Notes under the pieces: generated by a model | What the model saw: the letters and a program-made list of their open reading frames with translations, nothing else | What the model was told of the DNA's origin: nothing | Databases searched by the model: none | Translations under genes and position numbers: made by a program | DNA from: Cercozoa sp. M6MM | Lineage: Eukaryota > Protista > Endomyxa: Ascetosporea | NCBI GenBank assembly: GCA_040357565.1 | Contig: JBDODJ010000016.1 | Direction: 5' to 3' (one strand) | DNA length: 64,000 nucleotides | Shown here: one piece after another, positions 11,412-24,760 of the stretch | How positions within the stretch are numbered: the first letter of the stretch is position 1 | Layout of the letters: the number at the start of each line of letters is the position of its first letter

Positions 11412-14400
11412 ATGAGTGGCTCGCACTTGTCGCGTCACTTTTTTGCGCTGATCAAGGCCATCAGCGAGGCCAAGAGCAAGGATCAGGAAGATAGGTACAC
11501 TCTTCCTGCTGGTCTTCGGTGCGAGCTAGTACTTGGCTGGTGTTGACGTGTTCAGGGCGATTCTTCGCGAATGCGTGGCACTGAAACAGGTGACCCGTCG
11601 GTTTTGTCGCGCAAGTGCCGGTACGCTATGTCGATAAGTGTGTGCTGTGCAGGAACTATCGGCGAAGCACGTGCCAGTGAAGCAGATGCAGGAACTGCTG
11701 GTGCGCGCTGTGTACGTCAACATGCTCGGACACAATGCCGACATGTAACCTGCTCTAGTTCTTTCTTCTTGTCTTGCCTCTTACCCGCATTGTGTTCTAC
11801 TCAGCGCATGCGTACATGCCATCAATGCGGCAACGTCGGCGCAAAAGAAAAACTCACCCGTGCACAAACGCACAGGTGTGCGGCTTCTTGAACTAGCTTC
11901 CCAGGACCATGGTTTTCTGTTTTTGATGCAGGCTACTTGGTGGCTTCGTTGTTGCTGTCGCCGTCTGACCCACGACTGCTGTTGATTGTTCGCGGTCTGC
12001 AGGACGATTTAAAAGAGGACGCTCCTCCGGTATATGCGAGATCTGTTCAGCTGTCACGCCTTGTGTTTGTGACCCAGCATCGTAGCGCTCTATTGCAATG
12101 GCGCTGGATTCGGTGGCTCGTTTGGTATTTTAGCTCATCTCGTGGTTATACCAATCTAAGAGAGGTATCGTTTTTTGTCGCTAGGCGAGTGTTGACTGGT
12201 TGCCTGCCGTGGCGCCGCTCGTCCTCAAGTGCCTCGACCACAAGGTTGCACTGATCCGAAAGAAGGCCGTCATGGCTGTGCTTCGCATGCTTGAGGTATC
12301 TCGCAAAACCGTCACGTCTTCCTCCATCATCTTTTGGCATTTAGGTGCTGCCTTCGTCGGTACCGGACGTGCGCAATGTAGCCAGACGCATGCTATGCGA
12401 TCGCAGTATTGTTTGCTATCCCCAGCGTGTCTACATTTTTTTAACTTTTTGTTAGTTTAGGCCCAGCGGTGATGGGAGCATCCCTTCACATGCTGCTGTA
12501 TCTGGCGCGTCAAGCACGCTCTGCGCTTGGTCCCTTTTGCTTGTTCGTTAGATTACGAATGTGAATTTTTGCTTTTTTTAGCAGAGCAAAACAAAGAAGA
12601 CGCCGAGATGTTGCAGCAGATGCAATGGCTGCAGGTACACTTTCTTCTTTGATGCAGGCATATTCTTTCCTATAATGAAGTGAGATGTATGGTAGGAACT
12701 GGCCCCGTCGCTTGTGTCGATCTTACAGCAAATTATCGAGCATAATTTACCGAGGTATTTACCGACTTTTGGTCTTCGCTCGGTCTACATGTGCTCATTC
12801 TTTCGCAACTCAGCGATTACGACTACTACGCCATTCCAGCTCCGTGGCTGCAGGTATCATTATCACGAGCAATGGTGAAGTACACACTGTGCGTTGACAG
12901 GTGCGCTTGCTGTCACTGCTCCGTGTGCTTGGCCAAGACGATCGCGCCACTTCAGAGCAGATGTACACGGTATGCTTTGTCTCTCTCACGCGCGCGCGCA
13001 CGTTCCTCTTTTGTCCTTTCATCTGTGTCTTTTGTTTTGTCATGCAACAGGTGCTGCACGATGTGATGAAGCGAGCCGACATTCTTCGCAATGTGGTTAT
13101 TTTGATGCCAGGTTCGCTGCAGTCTCCATATACTTCTGATGTGCCTGTAGGGCTACGCCATTGTGCATGAGTGCGTACGTACCGTGGCAACGATTGCGCC
13201 GAACCGTCCGCTCATTGAAGCTGCCGCCAAGGTACACCGAAGATCGGCCGAGTTGTGTGCAAAGCAAACTGGTGGGGGAGAGGATGAACATTTGCTTTGT
13301 ATAGGCAACGCTCCGATTCCTGGCTGCTGAAAGCAATAACCTTCGATACCTTGGTTTGTCTTGTTCATTGCGTCGTTGTCTGTCTCGTTATATTGATTTG
13401 TTTACAGGCATCGAGGGACTTGCTTCGCTTGTGCGCCGCGATGCCTCGCTCGCAGCCTCGCAGCGCCACCAGCTCCTTGTAGTTGAGTGCGTTCTGTCGC
13501 ATCTACAGTGTGATTTCTGACGATACGATGGCCACACTTAGATGTCTGGATGACCCGGATGCAACATTGCGTCGAAAGACGCTCGGTCTGTTGGCGCGCA
13601 TGACGCGGGCGCATAACGCAGGTTTCATGTGCTACGTGAATGATCTAGTATCGTTGGTGTGCACGATTCGAGTTGGGCAGGTGCCGTGGTGGCCCGACTG
13701 CAGCAGGCGCTCAAGAACGCAGCAGCGACGCAAGAAGACGTCTTCTTCCGTATGCCTCTTGCGCACCTTTTCAATTGCAGTCGGCCCATCTACATTAATC
13801 ATAGGTGCCGAACTGGTGCGTCGTATCTCATCACTGTCGCTTAAGTTCGCGCTCCAAGCTTCCGAACTCGACGCCATCTGGTACACAGCTTCTTAAAGCG
13901 TAGAGGAGCTAAATATCTCATTCGCTCCCTAAACTTGTAGGTACCTTCAGCAACTGCAGCTCTTGTCCGCCAACGCTCCCGAAGAGGTCTGTGCTGCTGC
14001 TAAGTTTTTCCAAAGTGTTTCTCGACAGTCGTAAGCTCTTAAAAACAGGCGCTGAAGTCAGCGCAGCTTCCGCAAGGCGCACTTACTGTTGTTGGCAAGG
14101 CATTTTCTGGGTCGCCAGATTCGTACCTTGTTGTTTTGTGCTTGCGCTGTTCTATGAGCTGGAAATTGTTTTGCCGCAGTGCTACTTTGGCGCGCCAATG
14201 TGCGTCGCTGTTTATTGTGCAAATCACTGAGTCAGGGCGCCTTCCAGCTCCGTTGGTACCAGCTTACCAACATGCTCCCTGTCTTGCAAAATGAGTCACA
14301 TGATGTTTGCGTGTGCTTGTTTGCATGTGCAGGAACACGCTGCTGCCTGTGTGCTTGGCGAGTGCGCCGATTGTTCTGCTGACGTCATTGATGCGCTTGT

Positions 14401-16079
14401 TCGGTGCATACTAACCTGTGTCTTCGTGGTGCGAGATCGATATTTTGTGTGCAGCATGGCGGACGGGGCTGAGGCTTCGACTCGTGCGGCATCGCTCAAC
14501 GCGCTGCTTCGTCTTGCAGCTCGCGCAGTGCAGTCTGATGTACCATCTGCTTCCTTTCTATTCACACATGGATAATGGGCAAGTATTATCCGGGCTTTTG
14601 GACAAAGGGATCGATGTCCATCGAATGGCAAGCTGTGAGAGGCACGATCGATGGTACTGACTTCGTACCTCTTACGATCTTTCGCAGATATCACTGTTTT
14701 CCTTTTTGTAGGAGTGCTCCGCCGAGCGCGCGCTTCGCCGTTCCCGGAGGTGCAGCAACGTGCGCACGAATTCGGTACTCTTTTGCGCGCGCTAGTTTGT
14801 TTCTTAATTGTTGATGCGTATTGTCGCAGGTGAGTTATTGTCGGGCTCTACTTCGACTCTCGCAGTGCTGTCCACCAACACGGACATCGACATCCCTGGT
14901 ACTCTCCAACTTGGTATTCATCTTCTTGTTCCCATATCTGTCTCTTGTTTGTGTCTGCAGTGAGTGCTCTGGACTCCTACGTGGCGCAAGCCCGGCAAGC
15001 TGGGGCTGCTGAATACTCGCCTCCTGTATTTTAAGCACATCCTTAAAAATGCTGGCAACCAACTTACTTGGTGTCCTAACTCCTAATCTTTGTAGGCGGA
15101 CTTGTTGCAAGGCGACATGCTGGGTGACGATTTGGCCATGCTTTCTGGCTCAGGTAACTTTTTCTATCTTCTCGCTTCGCTTCTGACGGAGAAACTCAAG
15201 CGTACTATAGGTGCTGGCGATCACACGCTGAACTTTGATGCCTACGTCCAACAGGTACCTTTCTCGCGTGTGCGTGATGTAGTTTTTTAGTTTTGTGCTC
15301 GTGTTAGGTGGCGGCTCCGGTTCAAGTTGTGTCACCGAGTCCTCCGGAGGCGCCTGGTTTTTTTCTTTTCTATGACAAAGAGCTTTTTGGTGCACCCTTG
15401 TTGTGCGTAGGCGTGAACCTTGCACCTTCTGGAACGGGAACGGGAGAGCTTGGTCTTGACCTTTCTGGCGTGACTCAGGTATCGGATCGATGTGCGCGAA
15501 ACAAGGGCTCGTTGTTTGACTGCCCTAGTATTTAGGTCTGGAGTGCCGCTGGCTATGCCGAACCCGCGCAAAAGCCTGAGTCGGAACCCGAGGTACCGTG
15601 TCGCTACTTTTCCCCACCTACCATCGCGATGCCTAATGGGTATTTTTGGTAAAGGTGTCGACGCCGCCTTCCATCCCTCCACCGCGCAAGGTACTTCGTC
15701 TATCATGTGCCTCTTCATGTGTGTGTATTTTCTTTTGCACAGCCGAGAACTTTTCAAACGCAGCCGCCACCGCAGCCGCAACCGCGCTCGCAAACTCCTG
15801 CGTACTCTCTCATCCGAATCTTTCTCAAGAGCATCTTTGTGTGTGTACACATGTATGATATTGCATAGCGCCGCTCCTGTCGCTCGCCGGAAGCAAAAAC
15901 GACTCGCTGCTGCGCTTTTCGCTGGTCCGAGTTCGCCTGCTCCGCGTGGTAACACAATTTGGCGCAAACCTCGTGGCTGCTGTCTGACTGCCTTGTGTGC
16001 TTTTTGAAGACACTGTGAGCCTTGTCTCGGAACCGGTGCTTTCGGAGCAACAACGACATGCTGCGTCTTCGGGCATGGG

Positions 16080-16130
<51 letters not shown>

Positions 16131-16230
16131 NNNNNNNNNNNNNNNNNNNNNNNNNNNNNNNNNNNNNNNNNNNNNNNNNNNNNNNNNNNNNNNNNNNNNN
16201 NNNNNNNNNNNNNNNNNNNNNNNNNNNNNN

Positions 16231-16273
<43 letters not shown>

Positions 16274-17170
16274 CGAGTGATATGGGAACCCAGACTTGGA
16301 CGACTTGCTCGGCGGGTTTGGTGGAAACGCCGCCATCGGCAACCTTGTCACTGGCAGCAGCAACGCTGGACCGGGCAACCTTCTGGACGACTTGATGGTG
16401 TGTTTTGTATGTGCGAGTGCGAGTGCGAGTTCATCAATGTGGGGTGTAACGTTGTTATTTCTCAGGGACTGACTCAGCAGGTGCAGCAGCCGCCGCATCC
16501 GGTGCAGGAGAAGCCCACAGAGCCGTCGCTTTCGCCACTACGCTGGCAGACGTCGCATTTCGGCCAAGCGTGGACCACCACTGGCAACGAACTTCGTTCG
16601 CAGGTGCTTTTTTGCGGCTTCTTTCGTCTGTTCTGTTGGGAAGGATTCTCGTGCGCTTGAATGAAGGTAAGCGCGACCGGTGCAGTCTCGTCGCAAGTGG
16701 TCGAAGCGTGTTTGACGCAGACCGGCTTTGGCGTCGTGCAAACGTGCGTTGCTTTCTTTCGTGTAGACTGTGTAGACTGTTGGCACCTTCGGTGTTACCA
16801 CCTATGAGCAGAATTCGCGGCGAAACCATCGCAGCTGCCGACCTTGGCGTATCCCATTGTTGTGCGATTTTTGAGTGTTGCGTTTTATCCCTGTGTATCT
16901 CTAGGGTAAGCTCGTTCTGGCGCACGTCAGACTGCTGCGGCCGGGTGCGCTAATTGGTGCGTCATGTTTTCCTGTGTATGCACACGAAAGAACGTACACC
17001 GGACGGACACGTACTGCTCTGTGTTATGTGTGTGTGTGTGTGTGTGTGTATAGTAACGGTGAAGAGCGCCGACGCTCAGGCAGCGAATCATGCTGCAGGC
17101 AAGCTTTTGGCTGCTTTCTGAACTTAGCAGCTGGCGTTCAGGCATCATCAAACCTTGCTAGGTCACTGAC
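11412..17170 (+). CDS. AP4E1: AP-4 adaptor complex subunit epsilon
   Basis: MSGSHLSRHFFALIKAISEAKSKDQEDR; YVNMLG; LIRKKAVM; DYDYYAIPAPWLQ|VRLLSLLRVLG; YAIVHECVRT; LDDPDATLRRKTLGLL; hinge with DLL motifs; C-terminal FGQAW appendage. 3' end approximate. Confidence 0.9.
16084..16269. repeat. (CA)n microsatellite with 100-N gap in AP4E1 intron
   Basis: Direct sequence. Confidence 0.95.
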
Positions 17171-17257
17171 CATGTCTCAACGCCTAAAGCGCACTTTGTC
17201 GCGATCGTGTACTCCAAAAATTGGTTTTACTGAGTCGGGGTTCTGTGACGGAAGTTG

Positions 17258-17974
17258 TGTTACTGGCGGTTGTCAGTGAAAAGAACTAAATAAAAGAAGT
17301 AAGTTCTCAATTAGACGAAGCGAGGGAATCAATGATTCATGTTACTGACTCAGATTATGCAGTCTCCGCGGGGATGAACCCAGACAGACCAGTTACTGCC
17401 TATAGATAGAGCTGTGACTGGATTTGTCTGAAAGCCTGTCCCTGTAGATTGAGCCCGCCAGTTGGCAAAGAGAAAACCTCATCTACTTGGCATCAACTGG
17501 TCAGTTGCTCTGCAGTTTGTACTAATATCCACCTCAACAAGTTAGCATTGGCTGCTGTAGAGAGAAGGGGTTTTTTAATCTTCTCACGATTTTCCCTGTG
17601 GCGGAAGTTTTTTTCACTGACAACCGTCAGTAACATTCAGTTAGTAGAAGCGAAGTGAAGAACTACCCCAACTGGGTTCTTACGTCAAACGACTCCGTCT
17701 AGTTTGACGCAAGAACCCAGTGGGGTAACTCTTCACTCCAAACTAAATCATTTGATTCCCTCGCTTCAAGTTCGTCTCGTTGACGACTTACTCATTCCCC
17801 TTCTCAGCTGATGATGCCAAGCAGATGAGGGTTTCTCTTGAGCCAACTGGCAGGCTCAATCGCAGAGCCACAAACTCATAACTCTTCTTTCTCTTTTACT
17901 TCAATAATAGCAGACCAACTGGTCAGTCTGGGTTCATCCCCGCGAAGGCTGCATATCTGAGTCAGTCTGTAACA
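17258..17974 (-). mobile_element. Outer solo-LTR-like element (~417 bp after removing the nested copy) containing a long internal hairpin
   Basis: TGTTAC...GTAACA termini. Its 5', middle and 3' blocks are reverse-complement homologues of the nested copy. No TSD (GTTG vs GCAC). Confidence 0.7.
17340..17635 (+). mobile_element. Inner solo-LTR-like element (296 bp) nested antiparallel in the outer copy
   Basis: TGTTAC at 17340, GTAACA ending 17635, exact 4-bp TSD TTCA (17336-17339 and 17636-17639). Confidence 0.85.
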
Positions 17975-18304
17975 GCACAATCGCGGAGACTAGTGCGTGT
18001 ACTTCGTCGAAACTGTAGATACGTCTTTCTCAGGGCATGCAGGAGATGTTCTTGCAGAGTAGGGAAAGGCGTTTATGTCTTCCGTATATGTCTGCATGTC
18101 CGTATGCATGTGTTTATGTTGTATGTATGTTTGTTGTATACATGCGTACCAGCAGCAGCGATGAATTCGCCCTGCGTTCGGTTATGCTTCCAACGACACT
18201 CAATAAACGCATTGGGAGGTGAGGTTGTTTCCTAACCGAACGCGAAATCCCCTTGTCTGAATCCCATAATATTACGTAATTGTACTTAGAATCTATCGTA
18301 TTGT

Positions 18305-19400
18305 ATCACAAGTTGACATGCCCCAGAGCCCGGAAAAAACGAAAGGAGCTTCTAGGTGGTCGGGTGAAGCGAAGAAGCTACAATCTGCAAAATAGGCCTA
18401 CGCTAACGCCTTACGATGTCCCTTAGGAAAGTGATGCGGTCGGAAAACAAGGACAGGTAAAATACGTTACAAAATGCGCATGCCAAACGTCAGTTCGGCA
18501 TGGCCGCTGATCAAGAGACGCGTTGCGCCTAAGGGCATCCATCGTTACGGATCAGGGTTGATGTGGGACAGCAACAGCGCTTTCTGTTGCAGTGCCGAGA
18601 AAGAGACAAGAGGTGTATGTTCGGTGCGAGATGTCGCGTGCTGACAGGAGAGAGGAGGGGCTGTCTATGGTCTAAGATCCCGATGCCTGCAACCAGGCTC
18701 GTAAAAAACAGTAGACCAACAAACAGGAGATGCGCAAACCTGGCCACGAGACGATCGCTGCTGCGAAGGCGACGTGTCACACTCGAGAATTTCGGCGTCG
18801 AGCGGACGCTTCTTGAGGCAGGAGCGCATGTTACAGATTGTCCTCTGCGCGAACAGCCACACAGTGCACTAGTTGTCACCGAGAAAGAGAGGGAGCGGGG
18901 ACGTACGTGCCAGAAGTTTGAATTGCCGCACTCACATCGCCAGTCGCGCTGCGGAACGTCATGACGTGGCGCGCGGCAACGTCGCATGTTACAGTGCATG
19001 CGCTGCCATACATATACACATGGGCATACATATGTTAAAACAGTCAGTTGCAGTACATAGTGACGGTTGTGGTTGCCGCACTCCTTGCACTGCCACTCGT
19101 CGAACGGCGAGTAAGGCGGCTCGTGCGACGATGCGCCGTGAGTGCTCGCTCGTGAGGAGCGCCGGCGCTGGGAAATCTGACTTGCACGACGCCTCGGCTG
19201 ACAAACACAACAACACAGGACAGGGATAGGGATAAGGACAGTGACAGGGATGGGGAGGGACGGATAGGGACAGGAACATGGGCATTGTACCGGCGGACGC
19301 TGCTGGGAAGCCAAAAGAGACCGAGCTTCCATCAACTGCCGCTCCAGCAGTTGAATGTACCTGCAAGCGCACAGATTCCTTCACTCATCGCTACAGGCAG
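18305..19400 (-). CDS. RanBP2-type zinc-finger RNA-binding protein (two fingers); may continue upstream into 19.4-21.4 kb exons
   Basis: WQCKECGNHNRH|RMHCNMRRC and WRCECGNSNFW|RTICNMRSC fit W-x-C-x(1-2)-C-x3-N...C-N-M-R-x-C. Confidence 0.7.
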
Positions 19401-19409
19401 GGTTGTTCA

Positions 19410-20451
19410 AGCAATACTCGGCAGTGGAGATGCAGACGACGCGATTGTCATCGTCGCACACCTAACCGCACACACATACACGATACAAAAACGTCATTTA
19501 CGGACACAGCCAAAACGAGCTCCACGGATCAACAACACAAGGTACCTGATGTGCCAACTCGCCGGACGGCAGCGTTGTCACGTGCAGTCTGCAGAAACGC
19601 ATGCAGCATACAAGGCGCCTACGGTCATTGACAAAGACAGGACACGCACCGAGTCATGTGGAGTTGCGCCAAGTGCAGCGTGTGCTGATGTAGCGTGAGC
19701 CCACTGTGCCCTCCTGTTGTCATATGCGCGTTTGCGTAAAAGTAATGGTACACGGGCGGCACACGTGCTTGAATCGTACCATGACTCCTCGCGCTGGAAG
19801 GCGACTGTGCCGGTGTGCGTGCGAGTGTCTCGTTGTTGCCACCGCCGTTACCGCTAACTGTCTTCTCCTTGTCGCGCGCTGTGCTGACGCCGTCGCTGCG
19901 GCCGTCCTTGGCGCTGCTGCTGCTGCTGCTGTCGTAGCTGGCGCCATCGTCGTAATGCGGCGACCCTGGCGGCGGCGCTTTCTTGCTTCGACCTACAGCA
20001 CATGCACGTTTGCCCACTCACTGTTTATCCCATCAACATTAACTCCACAAATACCAAAGCGTCTGAGGCCGCTCAAGATACGCGAAAACCCGCCACGAGA
20101 ACGTTGTTGTTCTGCCGCTTCAGCTGTATGCATCACAGACACATGCACTGAGTCGTATTATATACACGTATGTATATGTAACGCAGGGGTACGATTGTCC
20201 CGATCGGGATAGAAGTTCGCCGACAAAGCTGACAGCGAGTGGTCGCGCGAATCGCCCCTTACATGCTCACCCACGTGCTCGCCGTCTGTACATGGATGGG
20301 ACAGATCACACACGGAAAAGAGAACAGAAGGGGAGGGGTGATGTACGAAGAGGCGAGGTGGGACAGCTCAGTGGATCCACACGCGACGGAAGGCTCGCGA
20401 GACTGCTTGGCAGACTCACACTGGGCAGACTCGACTACAGCAAAGACAATC

Positions 20452-20499
<48 letters not shown>

Positions 20500-20509
20500 N
20501 NNNNNNNNN

Positions 20510-20559
<50 letters not shown>

Positions 20560-20782
20560 GGCGGAACTGAGTCACACCATCGGCGGGGTAGGCGTCTGTG
20601 TTGCCACTGATTCGACCTCATCCTTGGTAAAGTCGCTCTCAAAGAAGGACGCGTTGCTCAGGCCCGACATCTGTCCCACACATGCCCATGGATGAAAAGA
20701 AAATTAGCGTGGGAGGAGCGATACAGAGTGAAAAGAGCGCGCAGACGCAGCGCGCGACGACGAACGACGACGTCCATGACCT

Positions 20783-20851
<69 letters not shown>

Positions 20852-21385
20852 GCCTCCTTCCTCGCAGGTAGGACACAACTTGACAGTGGTTCGTGTTTGG
20901 TGTACCCGGAGCAAGGGACTCATTCTTCGGTTCGTTGTGTGCACCCATCTGCGTGCAGATTCAGCATTTTTAAAAAGACAGCAGAGACAAATACGACGGT
21001 GCGAGCACGTACATAGCTGAATTGATCGCGCTCAGCACGCTTGGCAAAGTCGAGTAGCTCGCCCGGGAGCGACAACGGGGCAGGGCCTATGTGCCACATA
21101 AGCGCCGAAAATGTGCATGAGACATAGCACACAAACAAGGAAAGAAGTAGGTACGCTCGCCGATGAGACCAGTGTCGTGCTGCTCGTCGGCGGGATCGCT
21201 GGCGGTGAGGGCACTGCTGCCCTCATCAAACGAGAAGTGCAGCGCCGCGTGCGATCGCGACTGCTTCGACGGCGTCCGTCTGCGCTCGTGCGGCGACGGC
21301 TGTTGTTGCTGCTGCTGCTGCTGCTTTAGCGAGTCCGGTCCGTGTTGTCCGGGCTGCCACAGCAGGTCGGCCGGCAGTGCCATGT
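19410..21385 (-). CDS. Low-complexity (poly-Q, Ser-rich) hypothetical exons; possibly the N-terminal part of the ZnF gene
   Basis: MALPADLLWQPGQHGPDSLKQQQQQQQQ...; RSKKAPPPGSPHYDDG...; GT-AG bounded blocks, interrupted by a gap at 20500. Confidence 0.4.
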
Positions 21386-21499
21386 CGTGCGCCTGTCGGG
21401 AGCAACAGCATATGGCACAATTCACACTACGCGACTGTGTAGCAATAACAACGAAGGTACGGTGGTCAAATTAGGTGCCGACTGTGCCGCCCTGTCATA

Positions 21500-22400
21500 A
21501 GCACAGGAAGAGTTTAGTTGAGAGTGCGTGACATCACAGCGAAGAAAGAAAAAGAGCACTGAGTGTACCAGTTGCCTGGCATCGGCGGTCGCTCTTGTGT
21601 GCTCGGAGTATCTTCCTGAGAAAAGGCATACCCGTACACACACACACCCACATACACACACACCCACACACCCACACATACACACACTCACACATGACGC
21701 GGCAAGAGTAGCGGACAGCAGGAGGTACCACAGAGAAACCAGGACGAAGTGCGTTACACTTCCTCATGGCGCACCTGTGCAGCGCAGCAGACATACAGAA
21801 GACACACCCGTGGAGTTCGAGAGCCTCAAATACCTCTGCCGATCGCCCCAGTTGAAGTTACCGCACCGCGAGCATGTCCACGTACGCGAATTGCCCGAGT
21901 GCGGTCGGTGCCGTCTGCCTCCTGCGGACACTGGCACGGTGAGACTACTCTGAAACAACACACCAGAGAAGAAAAGAAGAAACCACGCATTCGCGCGGAC
22001 GGGCGCTGGCGCCGAGCGGTGCGTTCCATCTACCTGCACGCAGCACAAAGCATATGTCAGGTCAAAAGACTACAATCGCTGAATACCCGGAGGGCAGACA
22101 CGCGACAAAGAAACAACACAAGAAAAAATGAATGCCTGCCTGCGAGTACGCGCTGCGTCGTCTATGGAGCCGTCAGTCGAACGGGACACACTTTGCTAGC
22201 ACCACAGACGCTCACTGCAGGACGGATGCAGCACAGCCTCAGTCAGCTGCGCAGGCAATACTGTGCTCCGCTCGCCAGTGTCGAGGGATGAGTGGTCCTG
22301 CAGTGATCAACCGATCAAGACTCCACAACAGCACACAGCCGTTCTGCGCACAAAGATCAATGCAAAAACTGCAGCGAGCATCCCGCCGCCATAGCAGATG
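21500..22400 (-). CDS. Second RanBP2-type zinc-finger protein; boundaries approximate
   Basis: WTCSRCGNFNWGDRQ|RCAMRKCNALRP. Confidence 0.6.
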
Positions 22401-22752
22401 AAATGTCTAAGCACGAGCGAACACGCACCTTCAAAGGCAAAAGTATCGCACCTTTCAGAACCGAAAGAAACGTTTAACCGTGTTGGCCAAAATAATGCAA
22501 AAATTTCTTGGCGGTAGCGATGCCGTGCACAACGATGAGTACGCGCACCCTGCCGGTCGAAAACTCTTTGCTTGTATGATTGTACACGGTGCGAGCTCCC
22601 TCGATGAGCAGCAACGAAGGACGAGCCGTACAGAAGTCCACTTTTTTGCGCAGGGATCTTTTTTTGTTTTTGTTTTGCACACAACAACACATCAGGCCGC
22701 CTTTTGCACTTAATTACCGATAACCGGATTTAATTTTGCCACAGCGCGCGAA

Positions 22753-24290
22753 ATGTCTGCTTTAGAGGACACATTAAGCCGGCATGCGACGGCTTCATTC
22801 TCAGATGCGAGTGATGTGAGTTTCCTCAAGTCGCCAACGCACTTCCACGAGGAACTGATCCGTCGCGTGCGCTCAGCTGACAAGCGCGTGCTTTTGTCTG
22901 CTCTGTACCTTCGATATCAGCGTGCTCTCTTCTCATTGAAGTTTGGTGCGGGTGCAGGTACTTTGGGACAGGCGATCTGTCACGACAACTGGCTCAGGCG
23001 ATCCATGAAACCCTTGCCGAGAAGCCCGGGCTAGAAGTCACTCTCGTGCTTTGTAGAGTACTATATATCAGTGTCATATCGACTTCAGTTTGTAGTTGTG
23101 ATGTGGCGAAAATGTAGTTGTGATATGCAGTGGAGAGGCACACGCAACGTTGCCAAAGGCGCCTCGAGTTGCGACATGTTCAAGCAGACTTTGACGCAGT
23201 TTGGCTCACGCTTTCGTCTGCAGTTGTTCGACGCCGGCCAGTGTGGGTACGCGTGTTACCATTTTGACACAAACGTGGACCAAAAATATCTCTTGCCGCG
23301 GGGGGTGATTGATAGGTGGCTCAAAGCCGGGTGGCTGCCAGAACGTGTACGGGAGGCTGTGGCGACGCACCATGTGAAAGCCTTCGTGTGCGATGACGAT
23401 GTCATCGTGAGTGGCGCCAACTTGAGTGACACCTACTTTTCTGACCGCAGTGACCGCTACCTCTCTGTTCATTCACCTGCTTTGGGTACGCTTCGCCAAG
23501 GCATACCGTGATGTAATAAGGAAACCTGCGTATGTATGTGTGTAGGTGACTACGTTACTGAGTACATTGAAACGCTGCGGCCCTTCAGCTCGCACGCAGC
23601 GTGCGATGACTTTGAGAGACTGCATATATTGCCGCAAAGTCGCTCTTCCTCGGAGTTGCCTCGAACTTTGCACGACTTCACTGGTACAATGACTGACTGC
23701 TGTCTGCGTGCCTGTGTCTGCGTCTGTGTCTGTGTGTGTCTGTGTCTGTGTTTGTGTCTGTGTATGTGTGTGGGTGTGAGTGTGTGTGATTCTGTCATGC
23801 TTTCGATAGAAAAGGACAGACCGACTGTCAGTAGCCAGAACAATGACGGGGTGCGTCTCTTCGTGTCGCATCAGCTGCATTCGGCTGGCATACAGCATGA
23901 GCAGCGACTCTTCAGTGCGGTATTCTGGGAGGCTACCTTCATAATCTGACGCATTGGCGTTTTGTATTAGATGTTGCAACTCCGCGACTACTGTTTCGAC
24001 ATGTGCACGAGCTACCTGAACCTTCTCCCGGAGCACGTGCGTCTCCTGTCGTCTCCAATGGCCGTATCACCTATCACCACTTCGACCTGTCTCTCTTTGT
24101 TTTCTTTTTACGTCGTTTCGTAGCCGAAAGTACGCATCCTCACAGCAGCACCACAGGCGCATGGCTGGGCCAACAGTACGGGCTTTTCGCGCCATGTACC
24201 TTCGTTCTATGAGGCAGCCAAGTGCGAGCTTGCCGAGCACACGTATGCTTGTGTCTTCCTGGAGCTTGCGTGTCGGTACCTGTGTGTGGC

Positions 24291-24341
<51 letters not shown>

Positions 24342-24739
24342 TATCAGTGACCGAGTGAAGTTGTTGGAGTTTGTGCGCGAGAACTGGTCCTACCATGCCA
24401 AGGGCTGGTGGCTGCTGCCGCTAGCGAATGAAGCAGAGCCGGCCCCCGTGGTCACGCATGTCACCTCATCCAACCTCAGTGGGCGTTCTTGGCTTCGTGA
24501 TCATGAACTTGGTGCTTTGTATTCGACCCACTGATTTGACTGTTTTACGCGTTTTCTACAGGTGTCACGGTGTTGAGTCGGCGGCCACTGCCAGCTGTTG
24601 CGCGTGAGCACGCCCATACGTTCGGCCACGGTGGAGCGCACGTGCAGGAGGCACCACTCAAGCTGTTCCGCGCGGACATGCCACGGCAGGCGCCGGTTTG
24701 GGTGCGCACTTTACGCCGTGCATTCCGCACTTTTTTCTA
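22753..24739 (+). CDS. PGS1: Phosphatidylglycerophosphate synthase (PLD-type PGS1)
   Basis: RVLLSAL|YFGTG; RGTR; PERVREAVATHHVKAFVCDDDVIVSGANLSDTYFSDRSDRY; SYLNL; WSYHAKGWW; SSNLSGRSWLRDHELG; ends PHFF*. Confidence 0.92.
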
Positions 24740-24760
24740 AGTTGGGTCGTTTCATTCCGT

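Noticed and set aside
15332-16498. 388-aa minus-strand ORF
   Set aside because: Antisense to AP4E1 exons and reads through a microsatellite and gap.
17258-17974. Giant pseudoknotted ncRNA or single fold-back MITE
   Set aside because: The crossing complementary blocks are explained by a TSD-flanked copy nested antiparallel in a relative. The apparent 17340-17974 TIR element has no TSD.
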